Shown here in pieces: positions 1 through 13,004 of a DNA stretch of 64,000 bases. Below the pieces are notes generated by a model that ran no database searches, was not told the DNA's origin, and saw only the letters and a list, made by a program, of their open reading frames with translations. The DNA is from Octopus vulgaris (Eukaryota). A program made the translations under genes and the position numbers. The stretch covers positions 58,900,001 through 58,964,000 of the forward strand of contig OX597822.1 of NCBI GenBank assembly GCA_951406725.2, written 5' to 3'. The first letter of the stretch is position 1. Each line of letters starts with the position of its first letter.

Positions 1-771
1 TCAGCAGAATTTGAACTCAGAAGGTAAAGACAGACGAAATACCTATTTCTTTACTACCCACAAGGGGCTAAACAGAGAAAGGACAACCGGATTAAGTCGA
101 TTATATCGACCCCAGTGCGTAACTGGTGCTTACTTAATTGACCCCAAAAGGATGAAAGGCAAAGTCGACCTCGGTGGAATTTGAACTCAGAATGTAGCGG
201 CAGACGAAATACCACTAAGCATTTCACCCGGTATGCTAACGTTTCTGCCAGCAACTAATATTGCATTGTCTTTCAGCTACCACAGATACGGCCATATATA
301 CTTTACCTTTTTTACCTTAAGTACCAAAAATGGAGTAAGGATGAAACAAGAAAAAGAGAGAGAGATTTATATTTTCTATATTGTTTGTCATTAAGACTGC
401 AGCCATGCCAGGTCACTGCTTTGAATTTTTTGTCAAATGAAACAGACCTGGTATGTTTTTATTTTAAAGCCTGATGCCTATTCTCTTGATCTCTTGCTGA
501 ACTGTTAAGTTACAGGAACGTAAACACACTGACACTGGTTGTCAAGCAGTGGTGGCGGACAAGCACTAACAAAGACACACATATATAATAGGCTTCTTTC
601 AGTTTCCGTCTACTAAATTCACTGACAAGGCTTTGGTCGATCTGAGGTTATAGTAGAAGACACTTGCCCAAGCTCCACACTGTGGGACTGAACCCAGAAC
701 CATGTGGTTGGGAAGCAAGCTTCTTTATTTCATCAAATTTGCCATAAAGACATTACATAGATAGAAGCAGT

Positions 772-1420
772 TTGGATCCACTGTCACCCAGACCCTGGCG
801 GATAGTGTCCTCTATCCACTCAGGTTCTATCTCCCGGGAGGCAACCCGCAGACCCAAGCTCTTGTCAACTTTCTCCCACCATGTGTGGGAAGAAACAAAA
901 TCTTTTTGCCCTCTAAAGGCTGGCTTCCAAATTTGTGAGTCTCCTCAGAGGTGCCAACTTGCAACCATTGCATATTTGACCCCCCTGAAGATGAATTTAA
1001 TAGTTGGCAAATACTCTGCTATCTCTTTTTCAATTTGAGTCTTTTGAAAGAGGGCGATGGTGTCGAGCAACTTCGAATAAGTCCTTAACACCACCATCCT
1101 CTCCAAAGTCTTTCATCCACTGTTTGGGTGGGACAATCTCCCACTCCAATGCAGTGTTTGTCTTTTTTGCCATTTTTTTTTTTTTGTAAAAGTTCACCAA
1201 ATAAAAAAAAAACACAAATGCAAGCAGGAAGAAAGAAGACAAGAAGCAGTTGAAAAAAACTCAGCAAGTTATTCTAGACAACTCGGTAATCCTCTTGGTA
1301 AGGGCACAAAACGGTCACACAACAATTTCAGCAAAAAATGGTAAAAAAAATAAGCACAATTTTAGGAGGTGTATTCCCCCAAAACTCACTTCTCACTGCT
1401 AAGTGAGACTTTAAACAAAA
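772..1420 (-). mobile_element. Probable LINE 5' end/ORF1 relic
   Basis: Stop-interrupted reading frame MAKKTNTALEWEIVPP...KEIAEYLPTIKFIFRGV... with a T-rich leader. Family not firmly recognised. Confidence 0.3.
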
Positions 1421-1829
1421 CTACAGGCAGACAAATGTGTGGAACTCAGTGGAGATTTCTTGTTTGACAAAAATAAACACAAGCAACAAACCATCACTGA
1501 ATCCCCAAAAAACAAATGTCTTACCTTGTAGTTGTGCTTCACTTGTTCAATTATTCACGACGTTAGTGTACAGCGATATGACTCCTAGCAGTGCAAAGTC
1601 AACTAATCCTTGTGGAATTGATAAGAAGCAGTAAAATACTTGAGTTGATAGTTTTGACCTACTACTTGCTTCAAAATTTCTTACTTTGTTTTTCAATCAG
1701 AAACATATTGTACTTTGTGATATATAGTTAAGCCTTTTGTGGTCAACTTAATTTTTTTATCATTTCAGGGTCAATAATTCTGATGAATTTATCTTAGTTT
1801 TTCATCTATTGTTTTGTTATGTTTATTAG

Positions 1830-1945
1830 ATCTTGAGTGGAAAATCATCTATGTTGGCTCTGCAGAAAGCATGGACTATGACCAAGTGCTCGATTCAGTT
1901 CTTGTTGGACCTGTTCCTGGTGGACGACACATGTTTGTGTTTCAA
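1830..1945 (+). CDS. ASF1: ASF1 histone H3-H4 chaperone, coding exon 2 (exon 1 lies upstream of window)
   Basis: Translates (D)[38 protein letters not shown], the conserved ASF1 core. Acceptor tag| at 1829, donor CAA|gtaag at 1946; 116 nt. Confidence 0.97.
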
Positions 1946-2037
1946 GTAAGACTTATTTTCTTTTTCTGTATTCTCTTGTATGTAATTTGCTCACGTCTGT
2001 TGTATGCTGTTAGCAGTATTATATTATCCCTAATAAT

Positions 2038-2230
2038 ACGGTGGCACGTAAAAAGCACCCACTACACTCTCGGAGTGGTTGGCATTAGGAAGGACATCCA
2101 GCTGTAGAAATTCTGCCAGATCAAGATTGGAGCCTTAGTGCAGCCATCTGGTTCGCCAGCCCTCAGTCAAAATCGTCCAACCCATGCTAGCATGGAAAGC
2201 GGATGTTAAATGATGATGATGATGATGATG
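2038..2230 (+). mobile_element. Solo RTE 3'-UTR/tail copy. Others at ~3525-3890, 6990-7175, 8945-9230, 10020-10450, 50570-50740(-)
   Basis: ggtggcacgtaaaaagcacccactacac...aggaaggacatccagctgtagaa...catggaaagcggatgttaaa(tga)n, with the same layout as 14670-14840. Confidence 0.85.
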
Positions 2231-5200
2231 CTTGTACTGGGAAAATTGATAGGGATTGTGATCCTGTACCTAAATCTAGCCATTAGGTGTGTGTGTGTAT
2301 TTGTAGGACATGGTGAGATATGTGTGATGAAAATGTACCATTTATAAGCTGCCTCCTGAGGGTCAGGAAGTCTCATAGCCAAAAGCTGCATCTCAAGGAC
2401 TAAGGTTTCTCTTCAGACTAGCTGCTGAACTCTTCAAGGTAACTTGAATTGCAATACTCTTTATATATTTGAGGACTTGTTTCACACATATACATGCAAG
2501 TCCTCTAGAAGCTGAGGTGCACTTCATTATGTTATGCTAGGAATGTGTCTACCATTAGCTTTGGTAGACTCTCAGTTTGATGTTCTTCTGCTAATAATAT
2601 CAGTGTAGTTGAGTGGTCTTCATTTTCCATTGTGGTATAGTCTCCAAAATACATCTGATGTTGAGTAGGATATTCTTAATGTCATATATTCAAATAGTTA
2701 ATTCAGTGTAATGTCCAAGTATCATTGGTTCCTCCTTGTTTCTAAGTATTTTTTTGGTGGAGAAATGCTTGTAGCTTGGTTTTGATTAGGGTAGATCTTA
2801 ACTTGCCAGGATGTGACTCCTTCATTGTTGATTTGAAGACATCACTGTGATGCATGTGATATGCAGTATCAGACAATAACTACCATAGATAGCTATCAGC
2901 CCAGATGTCCTAGTATTCACACAAATATGCATGTGTATATTTTTTCTTACTTTATCCTTGTGCTATATTCAGTCATACCTCACTTTACAAGGACTTGGGT
3001 TTAGGAGTTTTTTGAAGCACAAGATCCAAATTTTGAACGAAGTGCAAAAGTTTCTACTACCATGATCAATGTTCCTGCATGTTACTGAGAAATTTGTAGA
3101 AAGCAAAAAAAAAAAAAAAGCTTCTTAGCAATCAACACTAGACTTGTTTTTTTAAAAAGAAATCTTGAGTGGAAAAGTCCATCTATGAATGCTTTTGAAT
3201 TGGCAATCATTTATACAAGTAATGGTGCGCATGAGTATAGTGCGAGTGAAAGGGATTCAGAAATGATTTTAATAATAGTATTTTTAATCATAAATGATCT
3301 TGACATTCTTTTTACTTTACATAAAATATTCTTTACATTCTACTGTTGTTTCATTGCCATTTATTAATGAGTTTTATAAGTAAAATATTTTTCTGGGAAC
3401 AAATTAACTTGTATATATATGTATATGTGTATATGTATATATATATATGTGTGTGTATATGTATATATATATATGTGTATGTATATATATATGTATGTGT
3501 ATATATGTGTATATATATATATATTGGCACGTAAAAGCACCATCTGCTCGTGTCCGTTGCCAGCCTCGCCTGGCCCCCGTGCTGGTGGCACGTAAAAGCA
3601 CCATCCGTTCGTGTCTGTTGCCAGCCTCGCCTGGCCCCCGTGCCGGTGGCACGTAAAAGCACCATCTGTTCGTGGCCGTTTGCCAGCTCTGTCTGGCACC
3701 TGTGCGGGTGGCACGTAAAAAGCACCCACTACACTCACGGAGTGGTTGGCGTTAGGAAGAGCATCCAGCCGTAGAAACACTGCCAGATCTGACTGGGCCT
3801 GATGCAGCCTTCTGGCTTCACAGACCCCAGTTGAACCGTCCAACCCATGCTAGCATGGAAAACGGATGCTAAATGATGATGATGATGATATATATATATA
3901 TTATAGTAATAATAATCCTTTCTACTATAAGCACAAGGCCTGAAATTTGGGGGAAGGGGATAATCGATTACATGAATCCCAGCGTTTCACTGGTACTTAA
4001 TTTATCAACCCCAAAAGACGAAAGGCAAAGTTGACCTCAGTGGAATTTGAACTCAGAATGTAGTGGCAGATGAAATACCGTAATGTATTTTGCCCAGTGT
4101 GCTAACGATCCTGCCAGCACACCACCTTGTATAATAATAATATTACTCCTTGGATGGAATTTATAAACATTTAATGCATTACTACAAACATCCCTCTGTT
4201 GTACGTCCACTAATGCTATATCACCTGAAGAAATGGATGATGATCAACCTGATGCCCACGGATACTATGGACTACACTGTAATCATCTCAGGAATACAGA
4301 CTGATCTTAAGTCATGTGATTTATTATTATATTTATCTTACATTATATTGGTACAACTTGATGCAACCCCAAAAAACTGGCTCACTAGTCACCATCATTA
4401 GGCTGTGGCCAGATTAATGGAGAAGGGGTTTTATTTGCATATTCAAAACGTTTCCCATAAACAAATTCATAAGATATATATGTGAGCAAATGTAGATGTG
4501 TGGTTAAAAAATTTGCTTTGCAACCACGTAGTTTCAGGCTCAGTTCCACTGCATGGTACCTTGGGCAAGTGTTTTCTGCTATATCTCCAGGCTGACAAAA
4601 GCCTTGTGAGTGAATTTAGTAAATGGGTACTCTGTGTGTATTTGTCTCCTTGTCTTGACATCATGTAGTAGTTGTAAATAAATATCACTGTCATACTTTC
4701 AGGTTTGTTCATTTCCAAAACTTCAGCAAACTCGTGTCTGGCTCTGGAGAAATATTTACCTTGCTTGAAAAACAAGTGAGGGTTAGTGACAGGAAGGCAT
4801 CCAACATTAGCAAAATCTTCAATAAACTCTGTTTGACCCAAGCAAGTATGGGAAAAGTGGATGTTAAAGTGATGATATCGTTTTAACCTCTACTCTTTTT
4901 TTGTGCTGGTTTGGGTCAGACAAAACTTAGAGATAGGTGTTTTTTATGACTGGATGCTCTTCCTTACTTTGTTTCGATGTTAGGTGTTATTTCAACTTGA
5001 CCTTTAAACAGTTCAGTGGCCAAACCTATTTTTTATGGCAGAAGGTTCACAGACATTGGCATAGATGGTAACTTTGTTTTAATGCATTGCTCAAATATTT
5101 AAACAGTGAAGGCACAGATACACATAAACACATGATGGAATTCTTAGTATTTATCAATTCCTGTTACTGGGATTGAACCCAAAACCAAATAGTGATGCAA

Positions 5201-5290
5201 ATACAGCCATGCCTATGACATAGTTCTGTTGTGTGTGTGTGTGTGTGTTATAATTCACCTTAGATGCAAGCATGAGTTTGTAATTAAGAA

Positions 5291-6240
5291 ATCAAAATCA
5301 AAACAAATCAAAATAGATGAACATCAATGGAATTTGTATCTTTGTGAACAGTGCCGGTGGCACACAAGAAAACCATCCGAACGTGGCCGTAGCCAGTACC
5401 GCATCGACTGGCCTCCGTGCTGTGGGCACATAACAAACACCATCCGATCGTGGCCGTTCGCCAGCCTCATCTGGCACCTGTGTCGGTGGCACATAAAAAC
5501 ACCATCCGAAGACCCGGCAAGACTAGTCAGGCCATAACCCGTGGCCCCTACCTGGGACGTAGTCAGTCCACCTGTGCATACCTTCCTTCTTGTGACACTT
5601 GTGAAGACCTGTTGAGGCAAGTGAAAATCAAATCAAAACAAATCAAAATAGATGAACATCAATGGAATTTGTATCTTTGTGGTACCAGTGCCGGTGGCAC
5701 ACAAGAAAACCATCCGAACGTGGCCGTAGCCAGTACTGCATCGACTGGCCTCCGTGCTGTGGGCACGTAACAAACACCATCCGATCGTGGCCGTTCGCCA
5801 GCCTCATCTGGCACCTGTGTCGGTGGCACATAAAAACACCATCCGAAGACCCGGCAAGACTAGTCAGGCCATAACCTGTGGCCCCTACCTGGGACGTAGT
5901 CAGTCCACCTGTGCATACCTTCCTTCTTGTGACACTTGTGAAGACCTGTTGAGGCAAGTGAAAATCAAAACAAATCAAAATAGATGAACATCAATTGAAT
6001 TTGTATCTTTGTGGTACCAGTGCTGGTGGCACACAAGAAAACCATCCGAACGTGGCGGTAGCCAGTACCGCATCGACTGGCCTCCGTGCTGTGGGCACGT
6101 AACAAACACCATCCGATCGTGGCCGTTCGCCAGCCTCATCTGGCACCTGTGTCGGTGGCACATAAAAACACCATCCGAGCGTGGCCGTCTGCCAGCCTCG
6201 TCTGGCACCTGTCGGTGGCACATAAAAAACACCATCCGAG
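5291..6240 (+). repeat. Tandem array of ~337-bp units (~2.8 copies) built from RTE 3'UTR-like modules
   Basis: Near-identical ORFs recur at 5417, 5754 and 6086; internal ggtggcac...caccatccga subrepeats. Confidence 0.92.
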
Positions 6241-6344
6241 ATATACTCATCCACTCCACCCCTCTCTCTGTCACATACATATGCAAGAATAAACATACAT
6301 ACATAGGGTGCAGGCATGGCACTGAAGTTAAGAAGCTTGTTTCC

Positions 6345-6740
6345 AGAATGAAACGCAGACTGTACGATGCCTGTGTATGAACAGGCATGCTACACAGCAG
6401 TGAAGCATGGGCTGTAACTGCTGAGGACATATGTAGGCTTGAAAGAAATGAAGCTAGTATGCTTTGCTGGATGTGCAATGACAGTGTGCATGTTCAATAG
6501 TGTAAGCATCTTGAATGAAAAGCTGGGCATAAGAGGTATCAGATGTGGTGTGCAAGAGAGACAACTGCTGGTATGGTCATGTGATGCATATGGACAAGGA
6601 CAGCTGTGTAAATTAGTGCCATCTCAAACTGTAGAGGTACACTCAGGAAGACATGGAGCGAGGTGGTGAAGCCTGATCTTTGAACATTGGGCCTGAAGGA
6701 GGTGGTGACAAATGACTGAAACCTTTGGCAATATGTTGAG
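6345..6740 (+). mobile_element. RTE LINE 3' fragment (same family as 12330-14840)
   Basis: Translates RRLYDACV*TGMLHSSEAWAV; nucleotide similarity to 14010-14400. Confidence 0.85.
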
Positions 6741-8716
6741 CTGGCAGAAAGGTTATTACGCTGGGCGAAACACATAATTTTGTCTGTCTTTATGTTCTGA
6801 GTTCAAATTCCGCTGAGGTTGACTTTGCCTTTCATCCTTATGGGGTTGATAAATTAAGTACCAGTTGCATACTGGGGTCGATCTAGTTGACTGGCCCACT
6901 CCCCAAAGATTTCGGGACTTGTGCCTAGAGTAGAAATGAATGTTGTGATGAAGAAGACTTGCCAAGCCAAGTGGAATTGCATTTGTGGCCAGTGTCAGTG
7001 TCACGTAAGTGGTACCTCTGTTGGTGGCACCCATTACACTGTTGGAGTGGTTGGTGTTAGGAAAGGCATCCAGCTGTAAAAACCATGCCAAATCAAACTG
7101 GAACTTGGTGCAGCTTACCAGTTTCAGTCAAACCATCTAACCCATACCAGCATGGGAAGCAGACGTTAAATGATGGTTTTAAGTTCAGTTTCACTGTGTG
7201 GAACCCTGGGCATCTATTATAGTTCTGGACTGATCAAATTCTTGTGAGGTGATTTGGTAAATGGAAACTGAATGATGCCTATTGTCTCTCTCACTCTTTG
7301 TGTGTGTTTGTGTTTCCATTCCTTGATATTGTGTGAAAATTGTAAATGAGTGGCACTGTTTGTTTCTAATTTATTGTAACCTATCTAACTCTTTTACTCG
7401 TTTTACTCATTTGACTGTGGCCATGCTGGAGCACCGTCTTTAGTCGAGCAAATCGACCCCAGAACTTATTCTATGGAAGCCTAGTACTTATTCTATCGGG
7501 CACTTTTGCCGAACCGCTAAGTTACAGACGTAAACAGCATCGGTTGTCAAGCGATGTCGGGGGGACAAACACAGACACATATATACAATGGACTTCTTTC
7601 AGTTTCCGTCTACCAAATCCACTCACATGGCTTTGGTCGGCCCGAGGCTATAGTAGAAGACACTTGCCCAAGGTGCCACGCAGTGGGTATGAACCCAGAA
7701 CCATGTGGTTCGTAAGCAAACTACTTACCACACAGCCACTCCTACGCCTGAAATGTTACATTGATTGGAAACAGGTGAGGATTGGTGACAGGAAGTACAA
7801 TCTGCCTCATGCATGCATGGAAAAGTGGATGTTAAAATGTGTTTTGTGTGTATCTGTGTGAATGTTAATAATCTGTGATGAATTATAGCTTCTTGCTGTA
7901 GCATTGCAAGTATCTGCAAGACAAAACCCCTCAATAAGGCAGGGTACAGAATTGAGGGATAAGAAACTAACATAAAGTGACAGGAACAGATATCTTGTGT
8001 GTGTATGTACACCCTCATATGATATCCATTTTATCTATTTTTTAATGAAACATTTAAATTATCAACAATTTAATTATAAAATGAAAGATTTGTAACACTG
8101 ATGTTTCAACAATAGATATGCAAGCATGGAAAAAGTGGGCCATAATAAAATATAACTCTTTTACTTGTTTGTCATTTGACTGTGGCCATGCTAGAGCACC
8201 ACCTTTAGTTGAGCAAATCGACCCCAGTCCTTATTCTTTATAAGCCTAGTACTTATTCTATTGGTCTCTTTTGCCAAACCACTAAGATACGGGGACATAA
8301 ACACACCAGCCTCGATTGTCAAGTGATGTTGGGGGACACACACACACACATATATACAACGGGCTTCTTTCAGTTTCTGTCTACCAAATCCACTCACAAG
8401 GCTAGGCCCAGGGCTATAGTAGAAGACACTTGCCCAAGGTGCCACGCAGTGGGACTGAACCCAGAACCATGTAATTGGTAAGCAAGCTACTTACCACACA
8501 GCCACTTCTGCGCCTATTAATCACATAATCATACTCAATGACAAAATAACTGGAAAATTTATGATCTAACAACTTTTAGCATATTTGGAATGGCCATAGC
8601 TATAGTTGCAGTTGAGAACATAATTGTTGTTTATAACATCATTTTTATGAAAATTCACCTCTTTTCACTTTGTTTAGACAGAGCCAGTTTGTTTTAAATT
8701 GAGGTATTCCTGTGTA

Positions 8717-8752
<36 letters not shown>

Positions 8753-10686
8753 CAGTATCATTTCAATATCCACTTTTCCATGCTTGTATGAATTGGCCAG
8801 AATATTATGTTAGATTTTCTACACCCTGATGTCCTTCCTGTCATCAGTCTTCACCTGTTTCTAAGTAAGTTAATACTTGCCCATAACCGAACGTTTTTAT
8901 AGAAGATTGGGTATGACAGACACAGTAGTGTATGAAAATATTCGAGCGTGGTCATTGCCATTGCCATCGTACTGGCTCCCGTGCAGGTAGCATGTGAAAA
9001 ACACCTTTTGAGCATGGTTGTTGCCAGAACCACCCAACTGGCCCTCGTGCTGGTGGCATGTAAAAGCACCCACTACACTCTCGGAGTGGTTGGCATTAGG
9101 AAGGGCATCCAGCTGTAGAAACTTGGCCTGATCAGATTGAACCTGGTACAGCCTTTGGGATCACCAGTCCTCAGCCAAACTGTCCAACCCATGCCAGCAT
9201 GGAAAGCGGACGTTAAATGATGATGATGAATGAGGAGAGTATTGAGTTGCTGCTGTTGCAGTTAACGATGGGTAGTGAAAAGATGCAGTGTGTTATTGAG
9301 TGAATCCTTGTCTTTTGAGTGTAGTCTAGTGTGCTTTTGTGTAACGGTACTATCTCAAGTATGAACACTACTCAAATGTTGGATTTGGAATTTGTAGGTT
9401 AGTCAAGTCTGGTTTTACAAGGTGGTGTAGTTTTTACTGTAAAACTGAAAACTGATTCCCTGGCATCAAATGTTGACAGCAGTTTCTCTAACAAAGGAAG
9501 TTAACTTCAATAAATCAACTTATCCAGTGTTCTATGTGCCATCTACTTAACCTTATAGAATCCAAAATTGAGTGTTAATCTGGTAGATCCTTGTAATTTA
9601 GAAAGGGTTTACTAAATGCCATGGCTGTGTGGTAAGAAGCTTGCTTCCCAACCATAATTCCAGATTCAGTCCCACTGCATGTCTTCTATAGTCTCAGGTT
9701 GATCAAAGCCTTGTGAGTGGATTTGGTTGGTAGAAACTGAAAGAAGCCTGTCTTATATATATATATATATATAACTATGTCTGTGTTTCTTCCCCCATCA
9801 TTGCTTGACAACCAGTGTTGGTGTATTTATGTCCCTGTAACTTAGTGGTTTGGCAAAGAGACCAATAGTATAAGTACTAGGCTTAAAAATAAGTCCTGGG
9901 GTTGACTTGTTCGACAAAAACACTTCAGGGCAGTACTTCAGCATGGCCTCAATCAGATGACAGAAACAAATAACAGAATAACTTGCTCTTTGACTCTCTC
10001 GCTTTTTTTCTCCTTTTATAAGAATCTTTGCGTCATGCTTAACTGGGCAAGTATTAGCAGATTTAGGATATTGTGCTAAGCCAAGTGAAATTGAAGTTGT
10101 GGCCAATGCCTGTGTTGCATAACTGGCATGTAAAAAGCACCCTTCGAACTTTGAGCCTTACAGAGGCAGTGATAAGTGACTGAGACTTTTGGCAATATAT
10201 TGTGCTTGAGAAGACCTATCAAGCCAAGTGAGATTGTAATTGTAGCCGATGCCTCTGTTATGTAACTGGCACATAAAAAACACCCGCTACACTCTTGCAA
10301 TGGTTGGCATTGGGAAGGGCATCCAGCTGTAGAAACCATGCCAAATCAGATTGGAACCTGGTGCAGCTCCCCAGCTTACCAGCTTCCAGTCAAACTATCT
10401 AACCCATGCCAGCATGGAAAATGGATGTTAAATGATGATGATGATAATGTAAACATATTTGTGAATTTGGAGGATGGATTTTTTTTTATGAATGTGGCTG
10501 ACAGTATATAATGCATGTTGTCTAGTGCTGCTAACAAAATGTCTGTTTCAAGGCTTGAACACATGTCTTGGTCAGTATAACATCTGCAACCAAATCTCCC
10601 TTATATCATACAGTACCACCTTAAAAATGAGGGCAAATTGGGCAATACAGTCCTTAAAAAAAATGATGGGATTGTAATACATTTAA

Positions 10687-10908
10687 CCCTTTCGATACCA
10701 ACCTGGCTGAAACCGTCTCTGGCTCTGTAGTACAAATGTCTTGTTTTCAAAAGTTCTGAATTAAAATCTTCCACCAAACCTTAGTCACAATTTATGTTCC
10801 TAACACTAGCTTACTGATAACTAAATTATTTTACTAAATTCTTTGGTACATTTAAAATTAATTGAAAGAAACACAAAACATCTCAGCAGAAATACGGTAA
10901 CAAAAGGG
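10687..10908. mobile_element. piggyBac-type MITE
   Basis: TTAA on both flanks (10683-86, 10909-12); TIRs CCCTTTCGATACC / GGTAACAAAAGGG. Confidence 0.85.
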
Positions 10909-11432
10909 TTAATACTCTTGATGATAGGTCAGGTCCCCAATCAGGTTTGATTTTAAAAACTTGTTTTATGTGAATTATAAGCAATATAAGTATTTGTTGA
11001 AAAATATCCTTTCAGGCAGTTTTTTTTTTTTTTTTTTTGCTAGTTATTAGCTCTTTAGCATTCAGATTTCTCTGTCATATGTAATACTTATTTATCCATA
11101 TTGTTTTGAATTAATCATACAATATCTTTTGGTCTTGGGATTTCAATGATGTGATTGTTTATTTTTAGAATGACATTGTATGATACATGTGAGAGGCTGG
11201 ATCTGGCCAGTTTGAATATTAAAACGGGTAGAATATTTGGGGCATATATGGCCAGTTTAAATGCTAATGAGTTGTGATAATGATTTATGTATACATATAA
11301 TAATCATCTTTAAACTCTATCTTCCATGCTGGTATGTGTTGAAGGTTTGACAGAATCCAACAGGTCAGGACTGCATCTGTTTCAAAAGTCTGCTTTGGTT
11401 TCTATGGCTGGATGTTCCTTTTAATGCTAACC

Positions 11433-12015
11433 GAGATTATGTTGAAACAATTTGCAGCGTGGAAGATTTATTTTAGCCATTCAAAAGCACACAAACTTTT
11501 AACTTAAACATTATTTGGGAGTCGGTGTTTTCGCCGCACTAAGGGCGATACATTTCCATTGTAACTGGTGACAGGTTTTTATGACTAATAGGCTAAAAAA
11601 TTCCCGTGTTTTTTTGTCAAAGGGGGATAAATCAGGATATAGTTTTACATAATTATCTCCCTTGTATTATATTTCGTTTTAATTCATTTCTCATTTGCTT
11701 TTTTTTGCCCCTCGTATCTTAAACATTAGTTTGCTGGTTTCATAGCTTGAACTTGCTCTTATTACATAGTGTAAGAACTCGTGGTTCAGTATTACGACCT
11801 TTCACCCAGTATACTCATTGGGTTTGAGGTTTTTTTTTTTTTAGGAAACAGTATTTTAATGTTATTTAATATTACATTTGCAGCACAGAATTTTTGTCAA
11901 CAGGTCGCGGTCTCAAAGTGACGAAAATATTTTGACAAATTAAATTTAAATGTTGAAGTGAATCTAACGGTTTACCTTCCACGCTGCAATTGTTTTTGTT
12001 TTAGCACACGATCTC
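11433..12015. mobile_element. Non-autonomous TIR element (MITE-like)
   Basis: Subterminal inverted repeat aaacaatttgcagcgtggaag (~11444) / cttccacgctgcaattgttt (~11976). It truncates an RTE-tail copy. Confidence 0.55.
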
Positions 12016-12567
12016 AGGTCAGGTCACTTGCTATGCAAGTACATCTCTAATAATATTACATTGCATTGTCTGAGTACAAACCTTTTTACACTCGTTAATA
12101 CTTTTGAAGACGGTAATAATTTTAAAATAAAGTTATTTTCAGTGAGCAGAAACATGAGCTATTGCACCAAGTCAAGTATAATTTTGTTATAGATGTTGTC
12201 TTTGCAGTAATTTTCATTGAAAAGAAAAAGAAAATCAATGAAAGGGGTACTAATCCACATAAAGAGGCACAATATAGATAAACTACTTTTCAAAATTAGT
12301 TTATCATTTTCTATTTATTTATTTATTTTTTTGTGATGTCACGGAAGAGGCTTGGAGAAGCCATTTTGAAAGACTGCTGTAAATGGACAATGAATGGGAG
12401 GAGAACCTGCCAAATGTTGACCCAGTAGAGGGACCAGCTATCTGAATAGACAGCTCCCCGGTAGATAAAGCAATTAAGAGTATGAAGTCAGGAAAAGCCC
12501 CCAGCCCATCAGGAATCGCTGCTGAGATACTTAAAACATCCAATGATGTGGACTATGGCCTAGTCAC

Positions 12568-13004
12568 ACATTCGAGGGATATTTGTCCTCATATTGTTTG
12601 TTGTTAACACAACGTTTCGGCTGATATACCCTCCAGCCTTCTTCAGGTGTCTTGGGCAAATTTTCAACCTGGGTTCTGATTCCTAAGGTATTTTTGATGT
12701 TATTATTGTTCGGGTCACTGCTTGGAATTGAACTCTGAATCTTGGAGTTAGTAGCCGTGTTCTTAACCACTATGCTCATAGGCATATGGCGTAGTGATTA
12801 AGAGCGCAGGCTACTAACCCCAAGATTCCGAGTTCGATTCCAAGCAGTGACCTGAACAGTAATAATAATAATAACATTGAGAAATACCTTAGGAATAAGA
12901 ACGCAGGTTTGAAATTTCCTCAAGACATCTGAAGAAAGCTGGAGGGTATATCAGCCGAAACCTTGTGTTAACAAACAAGATGAGGACAACTATCTGTTGA
13001 ATGT
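12568..13004. mobile_element. Fold-back (head-to-head inverted dimer) of a tRNA-headed, hammerhead-bearing element inserted in an RTE LINE
   Basis: Inverted arms of ~215 bp around a 4-nt loop at 12781-12784. Each arm has A/B-box-like motifs (TGGCGTAGTGA, GAGTTCGATTCC), a (TAA)n tract and a hammerhead motif. Confidence 0.85.
12606..12651 (-). ncRNA. Minimal type I hammerhead ribozyme motif (intact copy)
   Basis: Minus strand reads GACAC-CTGAAGA-A-GGCTG-gagggtatat-CAGCC-GAAAC-GTT-GTGTT. It has core CUGANGA/GAAA, a 5-bp stem II, palindromic stem III AACGUU, a GUU site, and stem I GACAC/GUGUU. Confidence 0.7.

Noticed and set aside
1946-2107. Tail of the 97-aa ORF
   Set aside because: Intron and RTE-tail sequence after the ASF1 donor.
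5595-5630. Hammerhead-like gtgaaga...gtgaaa in the 337-bp unit
   Set aside because: Lacks C3 (GUGAAGA), no stem closes directly onto GAAA, and there is no stem III/NUH. It matches ordinary RTE 3'UTR sequence.
12786-12855. tRNA gene
   Set aside because: A/B boxes are present but there is no convincing acceptor stem or T-run terminator. It is the head of a mobile element, as are the other SINE heads.
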